From: a virus
Strand: one strand, 5' to 3'
IMG/VR virus record: IMGVR_UViG_3300023178_001963
Length of the DNA stretch: 64,000 nucleotides
Positions 18,928-28,601 of the stretch are shown one piece after another; positions within the stretch are counted from its first letter, which is position 1, and each line of letters starts with the position of its first letter. The position numbers were made by a program, and so were the translations under genes. The notes below the pieces were generated by a model. That model was given only the letters and a program-made list of their open reading frames with translations. It had not been told where the DNA came from and searched no databases.

Positions 18928-19555
18928 ATGGCATGATTTTAAAGAGTTTTATAATCATTTAATCAGAGAAGTATATCACGAACCTGATAGCTTTTTAACT
19001 ACAGATGTTGTAGATAAAATGTTACCGGGATTTCTTAAACTCTTACCAAAAGATGCTAGTATACTTGATTTAGGATGCGGTGCGGGATATGCACTAACTA
19101 AAATGCGAGAGTTAGGGTATGAAAACGTAGAAGGACTTACATTAGATCCACAAGACACTAAGATAGTAGAAGAACGTGGATTTAAGGTAAATAACTTAGA
19201 TTTCAACTTTACTGGTTGGGAAAACAAATGGGATGCTGTTTGGATGCGACATGTTTTAGAGCATTCACCTTTCCCATTTTTTACTATATACCAATTAAAT
19301 AAAATGATGAAAATTGGTGGAATAATTTATATTGAAATGCCAAAGCCAGGTACAGATAGAAATTTAGAACACTGGCCAAATCATTACTCTATTATGGGTA
19401 GAGAAATGTATTTGAGTCTATTTAAAAGATGTGGGTTTGAATACGGTGAAGGTGCAGAAATAGATTTAGAGTTAAATCTACCCGAAGACAAAAAAGCAAA
19501 AGAAACATATGATTGGTATCTATTTCAAAAAACAAAGGATATAGTTATTGAGTGA
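18920..19555 (+). CDS. class I SAM-dependent methyltransferase
   Basis: ILDLGCGAG, WMRHVLEH. Confidence 0.85.
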   Translation: MDKWHDFKEFYNHLIREVYHEPDSFLTTDVVDKMLPGFLKLLPKDASILDLGCGAGYALTKMRELGYENVEGLTLDPQDTKIVEERGFKVNNLDFNFTGWENKWDAVWMRHVLEHSPFPFFTIYQLNKMMKIGGIIYIEMPKPGTDRNLEHWPNHYSIMGREMYLSLFKRCGFEYGEGAEIDLELNLPEDKKAKETYDWYLFQKTKDIVIE

Positions 19556-20303
19556 AGAAGTATATATATTTGATGTTGACGGTACATTAACTCCTAGTCG
19601 TGGACAAATGGATTCAGAATTTAAAAAGGTGTTTTTAGAATTCTGTAGTAAAAACGAAGTGTATCTGGCAACTGGCAGTGATGCTCCTAAAACTATTGAA
19701 CAAGTTGGAGATGATGTATTTAATGCTGTAGCACGTTCATACAACTGTTCAGGTAATTCTGTATGGGAAAAGGGCGTTAACATATATAATAATGACTGGA
19801 AACTTCCTGAACGTCCATGGAAATACTTAGAAAGTGTTCTGATGTACAATCGCTTTATGCCTAAGACAGGATGGCATTTTGATGAACGTCCAGGACTACT
19901 AAACTTTTCTATCGTAGGGCGCAAAGCAAAACCACACCAGCGCAAAGCATATGTAGAATATGATATTCAAAACAAAGACAGAGAGACTATAGCAAGAGAA
20001 TTCAATACTGAATTTTCAGAAGAATATAATGTAGTCGCCCAAGTAGCAGGAGAAACTGGTCTTGATATCATGCCTATAGGAAAGGGCAAACAACAAATCT
20101 TAAATGATTTCTCTGAAGATACAAAGATACTCTTTGTGGGAGATAAAACAATGGAGGGCGGAAACGATTATGATATCGCAAAAGCAGTTAAAGCACGTTC
20201 TCCGGGCGGTAATTCATTCGCATACGGTAATGGAAAAGTATATCAAGTAGACTCATGGGAAGATACTAGATATATTATAGAAAAATGTACACAATCGAAA
20301 TAG
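19548..20303 (+). CDS. HAD-IIB phosphomannomutase-like enzyme
   Basis: FDVDGTLTPSR, TGSD, ERPGLLNFSIVGR, GDKTMEGGNDYDI as in eukaryote-type PMM. Confidence 0.82.
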   Translation: MSEEVYIFDVDGTLTPSRGQMDSEFKKVFLEFCSKNEVYLATGSDAPKTIEQVGDDVFNAVARSYNCSGNSVWEKGVNIYNNDWKLPERPWKYLESVLMYNRFMPKTGWHFDERPGLLNFSIVGRKAKPHQRKAYVEYDIQNKDRETIAREFNTEFSEEYNVVAQVAGETGLDIMPIGKGKQQILNDFSEDTKILFVGDKTMEGGNDYDIAKAVKARSPGGNSFAYGNGKVYQVDSWEDTRYIIEKCTQSK

Positions 20304-20764
20304 TAAAAGATAAATTTTGGATACTTGAAGATTCAGGGATAAAACTTGGTATTATACGTAAGACCAGGTCTTCTGACTTTGAAGTTATCACTAAGGATGC
20401 TGGCATAGAGACAGTTACCCAGGATGCTCTTACTTCAAAGTATGGAAGTAAGATACTAGAATCTAAAAAAGTAAAGAAAATAGAAAGTGTAGATTACGGG
20501 AAAGATATAGATGAAGTTGAAGGATACCCTAGCAAACACCGTTCATATAATAAATCCACAGATGAAAAAGGTATACCAGTATACACAAAAACAGAAAAAT
20601 CAAAAGTTGTTTATGCTGCTGGCTATTACGGTCTTGCTTTTCCTGGTGCTGGATGGAAGAATGCCTATTGTGTAAAGCGTGAAACACTTGATAACTATGA
20701 GTATATAGGTCCGTTTAAAACAAAAACGCACTTAGAAGCAGAAATATCTAGGATATCGAAATGA
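20285..20764 (+). CDS. hypothetical protein
   Basis: 159 aa ORF in operon; YAAGYY, YIGPFKT. Confidence 0.6.
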   Translation: MYTIEIVKDKFWILEDSGIKLGIIRKTRSSDFEVITKDAGIETVTQDALTSKYGSKILESKKVKKIESVDYGKDIDEVEGYPSKHRSYNKSTDEKGIPVYTKTEKSKVVYAAGYYGLAFPGAGWKNAYCVKRETLDNYEYIGPFKTKTHLEAEISRISK

Positions 20765-20949
20765 GCTACGCAAGTATAAAAAATTTCTTAACACAAGTAA
20801 ATCGTGCTTCAGTTAAAAAAGAAGCACAACTACGTATGAACATAGAAGACGCTGTTAAATTACAGACCGAACTAACAATGCTATTACTTGAGTTGAAAGA
20901 GGCTAATAAAGAGCCTGATGATATAACATATGATGGAGGAAAATTCTAA
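20761..20949 (+). CDS. hypothetical protein
   Basis: 62 aa, ATGA overlap with the upstream stop. Confidence 0.55.
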   Translation: MSYASIKNFLTQVNRASVKKEAQLRMNIEDAVKLQTELTMLLLELKEANKEPDDITYDGGKF

Positions 20950-21230
20950 TGTTAGACTACGCAGCAGTAATGGTTGTTGGACATTTTGTAGTGTCTGTAT
21001 TTCAAGTACCACTTGGACAACCAGTGTGGCAGTTTATCCCACACAAATCAATGGAAGAATGCCGTGAAGAAGTTCAATACAATATTCTACCACAAGAGGG
21101 TTACCCATTAAGTTTAGAGTACAAAATGTACAAAACAGCACAATGTGTAACACGTGAAGAATTCTTATTACAAATGCAACGACAACAAGAAAAGCAACAA
21201 CAAAAACAAGATGTTCCTGAAATAAAGTAA
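20949..21230 (+). CDS. hypothetical protein
   Basis: 93 aa, hydrophobic N-terminus, SMEEC...AQCV pair. Confidence 0.5.
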   Translation: MLDYAAVMVVGHFVVSVFQVPLGQPVWQFIPHKSMEECREEVQYNILPQEGYPLSLEYKMYKTAQCVTREEFLLQMQRQQEKQQQKQDVPEIK

Positions 21231-21237
21231 TAAAAAG

Positions 21238-21245
21238 TATAAATA
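21238..21245 (+). promoter_or_regulatory. T4-like late promoter TATAAATA
   Basis: Exact T4 late consensus in an intergenic gap. Confidence 0.6.
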
Positions 21246-21283
21246 CTAAATCAACATTTTGTTGATTAACAAGGAACATTTTA

Positions 21284-22150
21284 ATGAACTTTATAAAAAA
21301 AGCGGCTAATTTTCTTGCCGAAGCGATTAGAGGTTTATGGATATATAGACTTGTACGTTCAGTTATAAAAAATCCAATATATTTAATATTGGTAATTCTA
21401 GTTGGTGCCTTATCAGCAAATCAAATAAACATATACTATGATAAGTTTATTGTAGAATACAAACGATTGAACACAGAAAAGAAAGAAAAAGAAGAGAACC
21501 CATTAGATCATTTAAAGTTCGAAAAGATTGACGATTTTCTATACACATTAACAGGTCAAGTTGGAGATGGCGATTGTGATAAAATATCACCACAAATGCC
21601 TGAAAACTTCACCCTTATACTAGAAAGCCCAGGAGGTAATCTAGCAGAAGGATCATGTCTAGCAGCACATATCAAACTACGTAATGTTGTTACTGTTGTA
21701 CGTGATACACCTATTTTAAATTCAGAAGGTAAAGTTGTTTATACACCCGGTAAAGTGGGTGAAGAACTGGAGATAGACTACATGAAAGATAAGACAGTTT
21801 GTGCTTCAGCATGTGGTCTAATGTTTTTGGGAGGAGACAAAAGATATCTCATTGGTAATGTTTGGTTTGGTATTCACGGGCCCGGCACTCCAGAAGAGTT
21901 TATCAGTAGAATGCACCCTAGACAAGCAGAGTCAGGTGCATATAGAACAGCATCAAATTTACTTGGACTATTGGAAAGTTTAGGGGTAAAAGACCCACAA
22001 GTAAGAAAACTGTTCATACAAATTCCCAATCAAACTATGTATTGGCTACATCCTAGAGATTTCAACTCTAAACCAGGACTTATCGAATTAGCCACTAATT
22101 ATAATAATTTTTGGGGATTGACTACAGCAAACCCAGTGGGTGGATTATAA
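21284..22150 (+). CDS. membrane-anchored ClpP/crotonase-like serine protease-fold protein
   Basis: TM segment, LESPGGNL, CASACGLMFLGG, FGIHGP. Confidence 0.65.
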   Translation: MNFIKKAANFLAEAIRGLWIYRLVRSVIKNPIYLILVILVGALSANQINIYYDKFIVEYKRLNTEKKEKEENPLDHLKFEKIDDFLYTLTGQVGDGDCDKISPQMPENFTLILESPGGNLAEGSCLAAHIKLRNVVTVVRDTPILNSEGKVVYTPGKVGEELEIDYMKDKTVCASACGLMFLGGDKRYLIGNVWFGIHGPGTPEEFISRMHPRQAESGAYRTASNLLGLLESLGVKDPQVRKLFIQIPNQTMYWLHPRDFNSKPGLIELATNYNNFWGLTTANPVGGL

Positions 22151-22168
22151 TTAGCGGAGGATTAAAAA

Positions 22169-23203
22169 ATGCTAAAGAGTTTCTTTTGGACACCCAAGTA
22201 TGTCCTATACGCTTGGCTAATGTTAGCTTGGCTACTTTTTATAGGTTGGTATAATGTTCAAATACTAGTTTATTATAACGCATGGAACCGTGAGTTCTAT
22301 GATGCTATTCAAACTCTACAAGAAGAAAGATTTTGGGATCTATTTTGGGGATTCAATATTGCACGTTTATGGGATTTTATAACATTCGGTATGGATGAAA
22401 AAACAACAGTACCTAGTTTCTTAGAAATATTAATTATATATGTACCAATGGCAACATATGCTACTTGGCAAACACAGCGTTATACATTTGCTTGGCGTGA
22501 AGCTAATACACACTACTATTTGGAACGTTGGGAGAAATCAACAGCGAAGATTGAAGGTGGTTCACAGCGTATTCAAGAAGACTTAATGATTTTCGGTAAG
22601 ACACTACAATCATTATTTACGGGTTTTGTAAACAAGATATTCATTCTTGCTGCGTTTATTCCAGTACTATGGCAATTGAGTGAAGGTCTACCTATCTGGA
22701 ACGGACAGATTATTCCAGGTTTTCTAGTATGGGCAGCACTAACATTAAGTATCGGTGGCACTCTGCTATCATTCTTACTAGGTATTAAACTACCAGGCCT
22801 GGAATACAAAAACCAAGTTGTAGAAGCGAAGTTTCGTAAGAAACTAGTACACAGTGAAGATGATTTTAAAGAGCGCATGACCGAAGACTTGTTCCCAATG
22901 TTTGCATCAGTTAAGCGTAACTACTATCGTCTGTTCAACTACTATATGGGCTTTGGTGTATGGCAAACAGGCTTCTCACTGATTGCTGGTAACGTTGCTA
23001 TTATTGTTCTAGCACCAAGTTACTTTGCTCAGTTAATTACGTTTGGTGTTCTTATTCAGGTGCTTAACGCATTCGGTAGAGTTGAGGGTGCGCTGACATA
23101 CTTCATTGATAGATGGACAACAATTGTTGACTTCCAATCAGTTATTAAACGTCTGCGTGAATTCAATAAAGTATTAGACGAAGCAGAAGCACAAGAAGCA
23201 TAA
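22169..23203 (+). CDS. sbmA: SbmA/BacA-like peptide transporter
   Basis: MLKSFF, NAWNREFYDAIQ, WREA, IEGGSQRIQED, LPGLEYKNQVVEAKFRKKLV, multiple TM helices. Confidence 0.88.
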   Translation: MLKSFFWTPKYVLYAWLMLAWLLFIGWYNVQILVYYNAWNREFYDAIQTLQEERFWDLFWGFNIARLWDFITFGMDEKTTVPSFLEILIIYVPMATYATWQTQRYTFAWREANTHYYLERWEKSTAKIEGGSQRIQEDLMIFGKTLQSLFTGFVNKIFILAAFIPVLWQLSEGLPIWNGQIIPGFLVWAALTLSIGGTLLSFLLGIKLPGLEYKNQVVEAKFRKKLVHSEDDFKERMTEDLFPMFASVKRNYYRLFNYYMGFGVWQTGFSLIAGNVAIIVLAPSYFAQLITFGVLIQVLNAFGRVEGALTYFIDRWTTIVDFQSVIKRLREFNKVLDEAEAQEA

Positions 23204-23223
23204 TATTAATGATGGCATTTTAG

Positions 23224-23230
23224 ATAAATA
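23224..23230 (+). promoter_or_regulatory. T4-like late promoter core ATAAATA
   Basis: GATAAATA upstream of a structural-type gene. Confidence 0.55.
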
Positions 23231-23260
23231 CATATAACAGTTTGTATTTGGGAGACGATC

Positions 23261-24082
23261 ATGCCATCATATTCAATTCAATTTCGTAGAGGTACAGCTA
23301 CAGACCACTCAGCATTTACTGGTGAGTTAGCAGAAATTACAATTGACATTACTAGTAACCGTGTTGTCTTACATGACGGCCAAACACCAGGCGGTATTCC
23401 ACTTGCTAAAGTATCTGATTTGCCAATTGATGTTGGTGATTTGAGCGATGACTTATCGCATATTGCAGCGGCTAATACCCCTCCAGGTAATGATATTGTC
23501 TTTGCAGTTGAAAAGACTGGTGAAGGTGCAGTAGCAGGCACAGGTCCAAACGGTATAAGTACTGGTAATAACAGCCTTTACGCATACTTTGATAACTATA
23601 ACTTTGCTGCTGTTAATAATGCACCACTATCAGAAGGTAAAAAATATTTTGAAGTACAGGGTATCTCTGCAGCCATGCAAATTAAATGGGGAATCGTAAG
23701 AGAAAATGGGTATGGTGATTTCGCTGGCGGTTATGGTTGGCATTTAGAGTATGGTACTGGAAATTACATTTATCAAAAGGGGGGATATATATATTCTGCT
23801 TCATCCGGTAATATTTCAATGCTTACAAACTCTCTTGGTGGAGGAGGAGTTACTCAAATCGCATACGATACTTCAACTAGTGAAGTCTGGATGAAACACT
23901 CTACCGGATCTTGGTATCCAAGTGATCCAGGAGCAGGTGGATCAGGCATGTCTCTTCCTGGTTCTGGCAATATTAGATTTTTTGTAAGTTCAGACAATAA
24001 TGATAATGGACATGTCGAAGTTGTAACATTTGTAGGTAGTTCTATAACGGAGACTATACCTAATGGATTCAGTTCACATTAA
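23261..24082 (+). CDS. virion fibre/decoration protein (Mtd/hyaluronidase N-terminal-like domain plus SPRY/lectin-like domain)
   Basis: IQFRRGT...FTGELAEITID...VVLHDGQTPGG; GKKYFEV; Gly/Ser-rich beta content. Confidence 0.65.
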   Translation: MPSYSIQFRRGTATDHSAFTGELAEITIDITSNRVVLHDGQTPGGIPLAKVSDLPIDVGDLSDDLSHIAAANTPPGNDIVFAVEKTGEGAVAGTGPNGISTGNNSLYAYFDNYNFAAVNNAPLSEGKKYFEVQGISAAMQIKWGIVRENGYGDFAGGYGWHLEYGTGNYIYQKGGYIYSASSGNISMLTNSLGGGGVTQIAYDTSTSEVWMKHSTGSWYPSDPGAGGSGMSLPGSGNIRFFVSSDNNDNGHVEVVTFVGSSITETIPNGFSSH

Positions 24083-24109
24083 AAAATTATTAGATAATTT
24101 AACAAAAAT

Positions 24110-24137
24110 AAAGGGCGCAAAAGCGTCCTTTTTCTTT
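24110..24137 (+). terminator. Rho-independent terminator
   Basis: AAGGGCGC-AAAA-GCGTCCTT then T-rich tail. Confidence 0.7.
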
Positions 24138-24199
24138 GCAGTGACACTTTTTATGTACAAATATGATAAATATATACAGAGTTAATAAGGAGGTTGAGA

Positions 24200-24490
24200 A
24201 TGGCAAGACCTAAACCAACCATAATTTTAGAATATACAGATTCTAAAACATATAGAAGTGAACAAGTTCTGAAGGCGGAAGCAGTGTATGCTGTATTCTA
24301 CAAAGGTGAGGCTATTAACTTGCGCTCCCTAAACAGCCTTGTAAACTTCCCGGGACCTAAGTATAAGAAGTGTTCTTTTTCCAATCCCGGACACGCTATT
24401 AACTTAGCAGAAAGACTAAATGACTTATTCAAGTGTGATGACTTTGAAGTTTATATATTAACAAAAGGCGACAAACTAGATTTGAAATGA
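24200..24490 (+). CDS. conserved phage hypothetical protein
   Basis: MARPKPTIILE...GPKYKKCSFSNPGHA; AAGGAGG SD; ATAAATA at 24166. Confidence 0.65.
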   Translation: MARPKPTIILEYTDSKTYRSEQVLKAEAVYAVFYKGEAINLRSLNSLVNFPGPKYKKCSFSNPGHAINLAERLNDLFKCDDFEVYILTKGDKLDLK

Positions 24491-24855
24491 CCAAGACTGA
24501 ATTAATAAAGTATTTGAATGATAATACTAAAGGCAGGAAAGCTGGCAGGAAAGAGTTTAAAATAAACGATATCTTTATTAGTTCATCACAAAATAATAAA
24601 AACTTCAGACTAACACGTTTCGGAAAAGATGTATTAGTAAAGCATTTCAGCGAATATGAAATCAAACTCGCAACTGAACTTAAGCAAGAAACAGGCAATC
24701 AAATAATGAACTTAGATAGATATATGGTTTCCCCATACTATCTGAGTCGTGGCAAACTAGTCATATTTGAAGAGTCACTAGCAGCAGAATTCATGCTATT
24801 AGGAAATGACTTTGACTTATGGATAGAAAATAAAAAATTCACTTCAAAAACTTGA
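24487..24855 (+). CDS. hypothetical protein
   Basis: 122 aa, FRLTRFG, LDRYMVSPYY. Confidence 0.6.
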   Translation: MTKTELIKYLNDNTKGRKAGRKEFKINDIFISSSQNNKNFRLTRFGKDVLVKHFSEYEIKLATELKQETGNQIMNLDRYMVSPYYLSRGKLVIFEESLAAEFMLLGNDFDLWIENKKFTSKT

Positions 24856-24891
24856 CATAACTTACGAATCACGTTATATTAATATAGTAAT
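24852..24891 (+). promoter_or_regulatory. early promoter with CGAATC spacer motif
   Basis: TTGACA(24852)..CGAATC(24865)-4nt-TATATT(24875)-6nt-GTAAT. Confidence 0.8.
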
Positions 24892-24904
24892 AAGGAGATA
24901 AGTT

Positions 24905-25090
24905 ATGGATAAAATCTACTTGATAATTGATAACGCATCTAACAAGCTAGTCGCTAAAGAAAGCGATTACGGTAATGCTTGTGAGCTTGCTTGTGCCCTA
25001 GACGAAATCTCCTGGGATGAAAACGGACACGGTCGTAATCTTTCTATTATTTTAGAAAGCAGTTTTGATATTTCAAAACTTGACAACTAA
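24905..25090 (+). CDS. small hypothetical early protein
   Basis: 61 aa after AAGGAG SD. Confidence 0.55.
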   Translation: MDKIYLIIDNASNKLVAKESDYGNACELACALDEISWDENGHGRNLSIILESSFDISKLDN

Positions 25091-25118
25091 GCGAATCGTG
25101 TTATACTTATTAAGTAAT
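25080..25118 (+). promoter_or_regulatory. early promoter with CGAATC spacer motif
   Basis: TTGACA(25080)..CGAATC(25092)-4nt-TATACT(25102)-6nt-GTAAT. Confidence 0.8.
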
Positions 25119-25140
25119 CAATAGAGAGAAAGGTTCTCAA

Positions 25141-26268
25141 ATGTCTCAAGTTTCACTAAATGATATGGATGTTCGTCTAGTTCGTCCTAGTGATATTCGT
25201 GCAGAAATCAACTACGCTATGAATCGTAAGCGTCCGGTCTTCATCTGGGGTCCTCCCGGTATTGGTAAGTCTGAGATTGTTGATTCAATCACACAAGAGC
25301 GTTCAGGCTACATGATTGACATGCGGCTTGCGCTAATGGAACCCACTGACTTGCGTGGTATTCCTGTTCCTAACACTAACACAGGCTTGATGGAGTGGCT
25401 TCCTCCTGCTGATTTGCCTACTCAAGAATTAGCAGATCAATTCGAATGCGTTGTTCTGTTTCTTGATGAAATGAATCAGGCTCCTCAGTCTGTACAAGCT
25501 GCTGCTTATCAGCTAATTCTTAATCGTCGGTTGGGTAACTATCGTCTTCCTGACAATGTTCTAATCGTTGCTGCTGGCAATCGTGAAAGTGATCGTGGCG
25601 TTGCGTATCGTATGCCTAGCCCGCTTGCTAATCGTTTTGTTCATCTTGAAATGACTACTGATTTTGAAGATTGGCAGACTTGGGCATTACAAAACAATAT
25701 CGATCCTGAGGTCGTAGGTTATGTAACTGCTAACAAGATGGATCTTATGAACTTTGATCCTCGCACTGCGTCACGGGCGTTTGCTACTCCTCGTTCATGG
25801 ACTTTTGTTTCTCAGATGCTTCCTCAAGAAGGTGAGCAAATCTCAGACAGTCGTTTACATGATTTGATTGCAGGTACTGTTGGTGATGGTATCGCAACTA
25901 AGTTCATGGCACACCGAGCAATTGCTGGTAAACTGCCTAATCCGACAGATATCTTGTCAGGTAAAGTAAAGACACTGGGTTCAGAAGCAAGCGAAATTTC
26001 TGCGATGTTCTCATTAACTGCTTCACTTTGTTATGAGTTGAAGGACTTTGTTGATCGTAATGGTAAAGAGAAAATGGACGAGTTGTACAAAATGGCTGAC
26101 AACTTCTTCAACTTTATGATGGATAACTTTGAAACAGAAATGACCGTACTTGGTGGTCGTACTGCACTGAAAGTTTACAAACTTCCTCTTGAACCTCGCA
26201 AAGTTCCCTGCATTGAAAAGTTCTTTAAGAAGTATGGCAAACTAATCATTGATGCACACAACGCATAA
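25141..26268 (+). CDS. MoxR-like AAA+ ATPase
   Basis: Walker A GPPGIGKS, Walker B LFLDEMN, AAGNR, PLANRF, TPRSW. Confidence 0.9.
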   Translation: MSQVSLNDMDVRLVRPSDIRAEINYAMNRKRPVFIWGPPGIGKSEIVDSITQERSGYMIDMRLALMEPTDLRGIPVPNTNTGLMEWLPPADLPTQELADQFECVVLFLDEMNQAPQSVQAAAYQLILNRRLGNYRLPDNVLIVAAGNRESDRGVAYRMPSPLANRFVHLEMTTDFEDWQTWALQNNIDPEVVGYVTANKMDLMNFDPRTASRAFATPRSWTFVSQMLPQEGEQISDSRLHDLIAGTVGDGIATKFMAHRAIAGKLPNPTDILSGKVKTLGSEASEISAMFSLTASLCYELKDFVDRNGKEKMDELYKMADNFFNFMMDNFETEMTVLGGRTALKVYKLPLEPRKVPCIEKFFKKYGKLIIDAHNA

Positions 26269-26287
26269 GGGGAGCATTGCTCCCTTT
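26267..26287 (+). terminator. probable terminator hairpin
   Basis: AAGGGGAGC-ATT-GCTCCCTTT. Confidence 0.55.
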
Positions 26288-26293
26288 AATTAC

Positions 26294-26321
26294 TTGACAC
26301 TATCTAAATATGTGTTATATT
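26294..26321 (+). promoter_or_regulatory. sigma70-type promoter
   Basis: TTGACA(26294)-16-TATATT(26316) with TG extension; no CGAATC. Confidence 0.6.
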
Positions 26322-26352
26322 AGTAGAGTAGTTAGAAAAAAGGACGAATCAC

Positions 26353-27690
26353 ATGCAAGTCAAACCTCATGAAATTAAATCAGAAGATGATTTTAACGCA
26401 GTACTTGATGATATTCTGAAAGAAAACGGTATCGAAGTAGACGAAGATTCTGCTGAACCTGTAGTATTCGAATACACTGATTTAGAAGTCAAAGAAATGA
26501 TTGTATCGGGTCGTGTGAGAATGCTAATCAAACACCCGTTCTTTGGTACACTTGCTACTCGTCTTAAACTAGTCGAGGCTGAATGGCTTCCTACTGCTGC
26601 TGTTGACGGCAAGCATTTCTACTACAATTGTGACTTCTTTCGTACTCTAACACCTGAGGAAATCGACTTCGTTGTAGGACACGAGGTCTTTCACTGTGTA
26701 TATGATCACTGCGGTGTAGGTGGTCGTCTTATGGACTTTACTGAAGAAAAGCGTGATCCTAAACTGTGGAACATTGCTGCTGACTACAAAGTTAATCAGG
26801 CTACAGTAGAAGCGAAAATCGGTACTATGCCTAAGTCTGCGCTGTATGATCGTAAATACTACAAGTCTTATACAGAAGAAATTTACGCAGACCTACTAGA
26901 ACAAAAAGAACAAGGTAAAGATTTCTCTAACACTGAAACACTTGATGAACACATGTTTGGTGATGGTGAAGGTCAAGGTAGCGACGGTGAAAATGATCCT
27001 ACTGGACGCAATGCTCCTATCAAAATTTCTAAAGAAGAAGCTAAAGCAATCAAGGATCAGATGAAACAAGCTGTTCTACAGGCTGCACAGTCTGCGGGTT
27101 CTGGCAATCTTCCCGGTGATATCAAGCGTATCATTAAAGATATGACTGAACCTAAAATGGACTGGCGTGAACATCTTAATCTTTCAATGCAGTCTGCACT
27201 AAAATCAGATTTTACTTGGATGCGTCAATCTCGTAAGTCACGTTCACTAGGTATCTATCTACCAGGTATGGATAATGAGTATCAAGTTGAGGCTGCTATC
27301 GGTATTGATGTTTCAGGTTCTATTTCACATGACATGATTCGTGACTTTCTAGGTGAAATCTACGGCATCATGCAACAGTTTCAAGATTTTCGTCTCCGTA
27401 TTTGGACTTTTGATACACAAGTATACGCAGATTCATTTAAAGAATTCACTCCTATGAATGCTGAGGAAATCAAAGAATACGAAATTATCGGCTGTGGTGG
27501 TACTGACTTTGAATGTAATTGGAACTTCATGGAAGAAAACGATATTCAACCTGACAAGTTCATCATGTTCACAGATGGTTATCCGTTTGGTTCATGGGGT
27601 AATCCAAACTATTGTGACACATTGTTTGTTATTCATGGATCAGATCATATCATCCCACCGTTTGGAGAGCATACTTACTACTCCAAATAA
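26353..27690 (+). CDS. DUF2201-type metallopeptidase-VWA protein
   Basis: TAAVDG, HEVFH (HExxH), WNIAADY, MIDAS DVSGS, GGTDF, FTDG. Confidence 0.85.
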   Translation: MQVKPHEIKSEDDFNAVLDDILKENGIEVDEDSAEPVVFEYTDLEVKEMIVSGRVRMLIKHPFFGTLATRLKLVEAEWLPTAAVDGKHFYYNCDFFRTLTPEEIDFVVGHEVFHCVYDHCGVGGRLMDFTEEKRDPKLWNIAADYKVNQATVEAKIGTMPKSALYDRKYYKSYTEEIYADLLEQKEQGKDFSNTETLDEHMFGDGEGQGSDGENDPTGRNAPIKISKEEAKAIKDQMKQAVLQAAQSAGSGNLPGDIKRIIKDMTEPKMDWREHLNLSMQSALKSDFTWMRQSRKSRSLGIYLPGMDNEYQVEAAIGIDVSGSISHDMIRDFLGEIYGIMQQFQDFRLRIWTFDTQVYADSFKEFTPMNAEEIKEYEIIGCGGTDFECNWNFMEENDIQPDKFIMFTDGYPFGSWGNPNYCDTLFVIHGSDHIIPPFGEHTYYSK

Positions 27691-27693
27691 AGA

Positions 27694-27700
27694 ATAAATA
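27694..27700 (+). promoter_or_regulatory. T4-like late promoter core ATAAATA
   Basis: 5 nt before ATG 27706. Confidence 0.55.
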
Positions 27701-27705
27701 ACTAT

Positions 27706-28248
27706 ATGAGTAATGACACCTTATTGCTAAATGCCAATGGGTCACCACTCAGTGTGACTCCGCTTTCCACGCTAACGTGGCAGGAAAGTATCAAACTCAT
27801 TTGGCTCGATAAAATCAATGTATTAGAATGGCATGATGAATGGGAAGTACATAGTGTTAACCATACACTACAAGTACCATCTGTTGTATCTGTAAAAGAA
27901 TATGTGCCACAGACAGGTGCAGTGAACTTTACAAGAAACAATATTTTTATACGTGATAAATGGACATGTCAGTACTGTCATACCCAGTTTAAAAACTCAG
28001 AATTAACATTAGACCATGTACTACCAAAATCAAAAGGTGGTAAAACAACATGGGAAAATATTGTAACAGCATGTAAAAAATGCAATCACAGTAAAGGAAA
28101 TAAAACACATATTCTTCCAAAGAAAATGCCTAGTAAACCAAACTTCTATCAATTGTATAATAATAAAAACTTTATGATACATATTAGATATGAGATTTGG
28201 TTAAAATACCTAAACTGGCCAGAAGAATATGTACAAATGGCAGTGTAA
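27706..28248 (+). CDS. HNH endonuclease
   Basis: RDKWTCQYC...TLDHVLPKSKGG...WENIVTACKKCNHSKG. Confidence 0.9.
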   Translation: MSNDTLLLNANGSPLSVTPLSTLTWQESIKLIWLDKINVLEWHDEWEVHSVNHTLQVPSVVSVKEYVPQTGAVNFTRNNIFIRDKWTCQYCHTQFKNSELTLDHVLPKSKGGKTTWENIVTACKKCNHSKGNKTHILPKKMPSKPNFYQLYNNKNFMIHIRYEIWLKYLNWPEEYVQMAV

Positions 28249-28254
28249 AAACAC

Positions 28255-28283
28255 TTGACACTCATCCCAAAATAAGATATAAT
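28255..28283 (+). promoter_or_regulatory. consensus sigma70 promoter
   Basis: TTGACA(28255)-17-TATAAT(28278); downstream TATGAATAA/TTATTCATA hairpin. Confidence 0.75.
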
Positions 28284-28349
28284 AGTAGGTATGAATAACT
28301 GTTTATTCATATTATATATAATATGACATAAGAAATAAAGGAGTTTTAA

Positions 28350-28601
28350 ATGTCAGAAGAAACCCAAGCTGTAGAAGAGGCAGCTACAACAGAACAACCT
28401 AGCGTCACAGTAAATGACCTAGCGAATGTTTATGCTATTATCGATCTAGCATCAAAACGAGGAGCATTTCAAGCATCAGAACTTTCTGCTGTAGGTAATG
28501 TTGCTAACAGAGTTAAAGCATTTGTTGACTTTGTACAAGCACAAAACGCAGAAAATGCTGAAGCAGAAGGCGAAGCAACTGAAGAGGCTTCGGAGTCATA
28601 A
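28350..28601 (+). CDS. conserved phage hypothetical protein
   Basis: IIDLASKRGAFQASELSAVG; AAGGAG SD. Confidence 0.65.
   Translation: MSEETQAVEEAATTEQPSVTVNDLANVYAIIDLASKRGAFQASELSAVGNVANRVKAFVDFVQAQNAENAEAEGEATEEASES

Noticed and set aside
27706-28248. HNH as a mobile intron-encoded homing endonuclease
   Set aside because: It is free-standing with its own promoter and does not interrupt a gene
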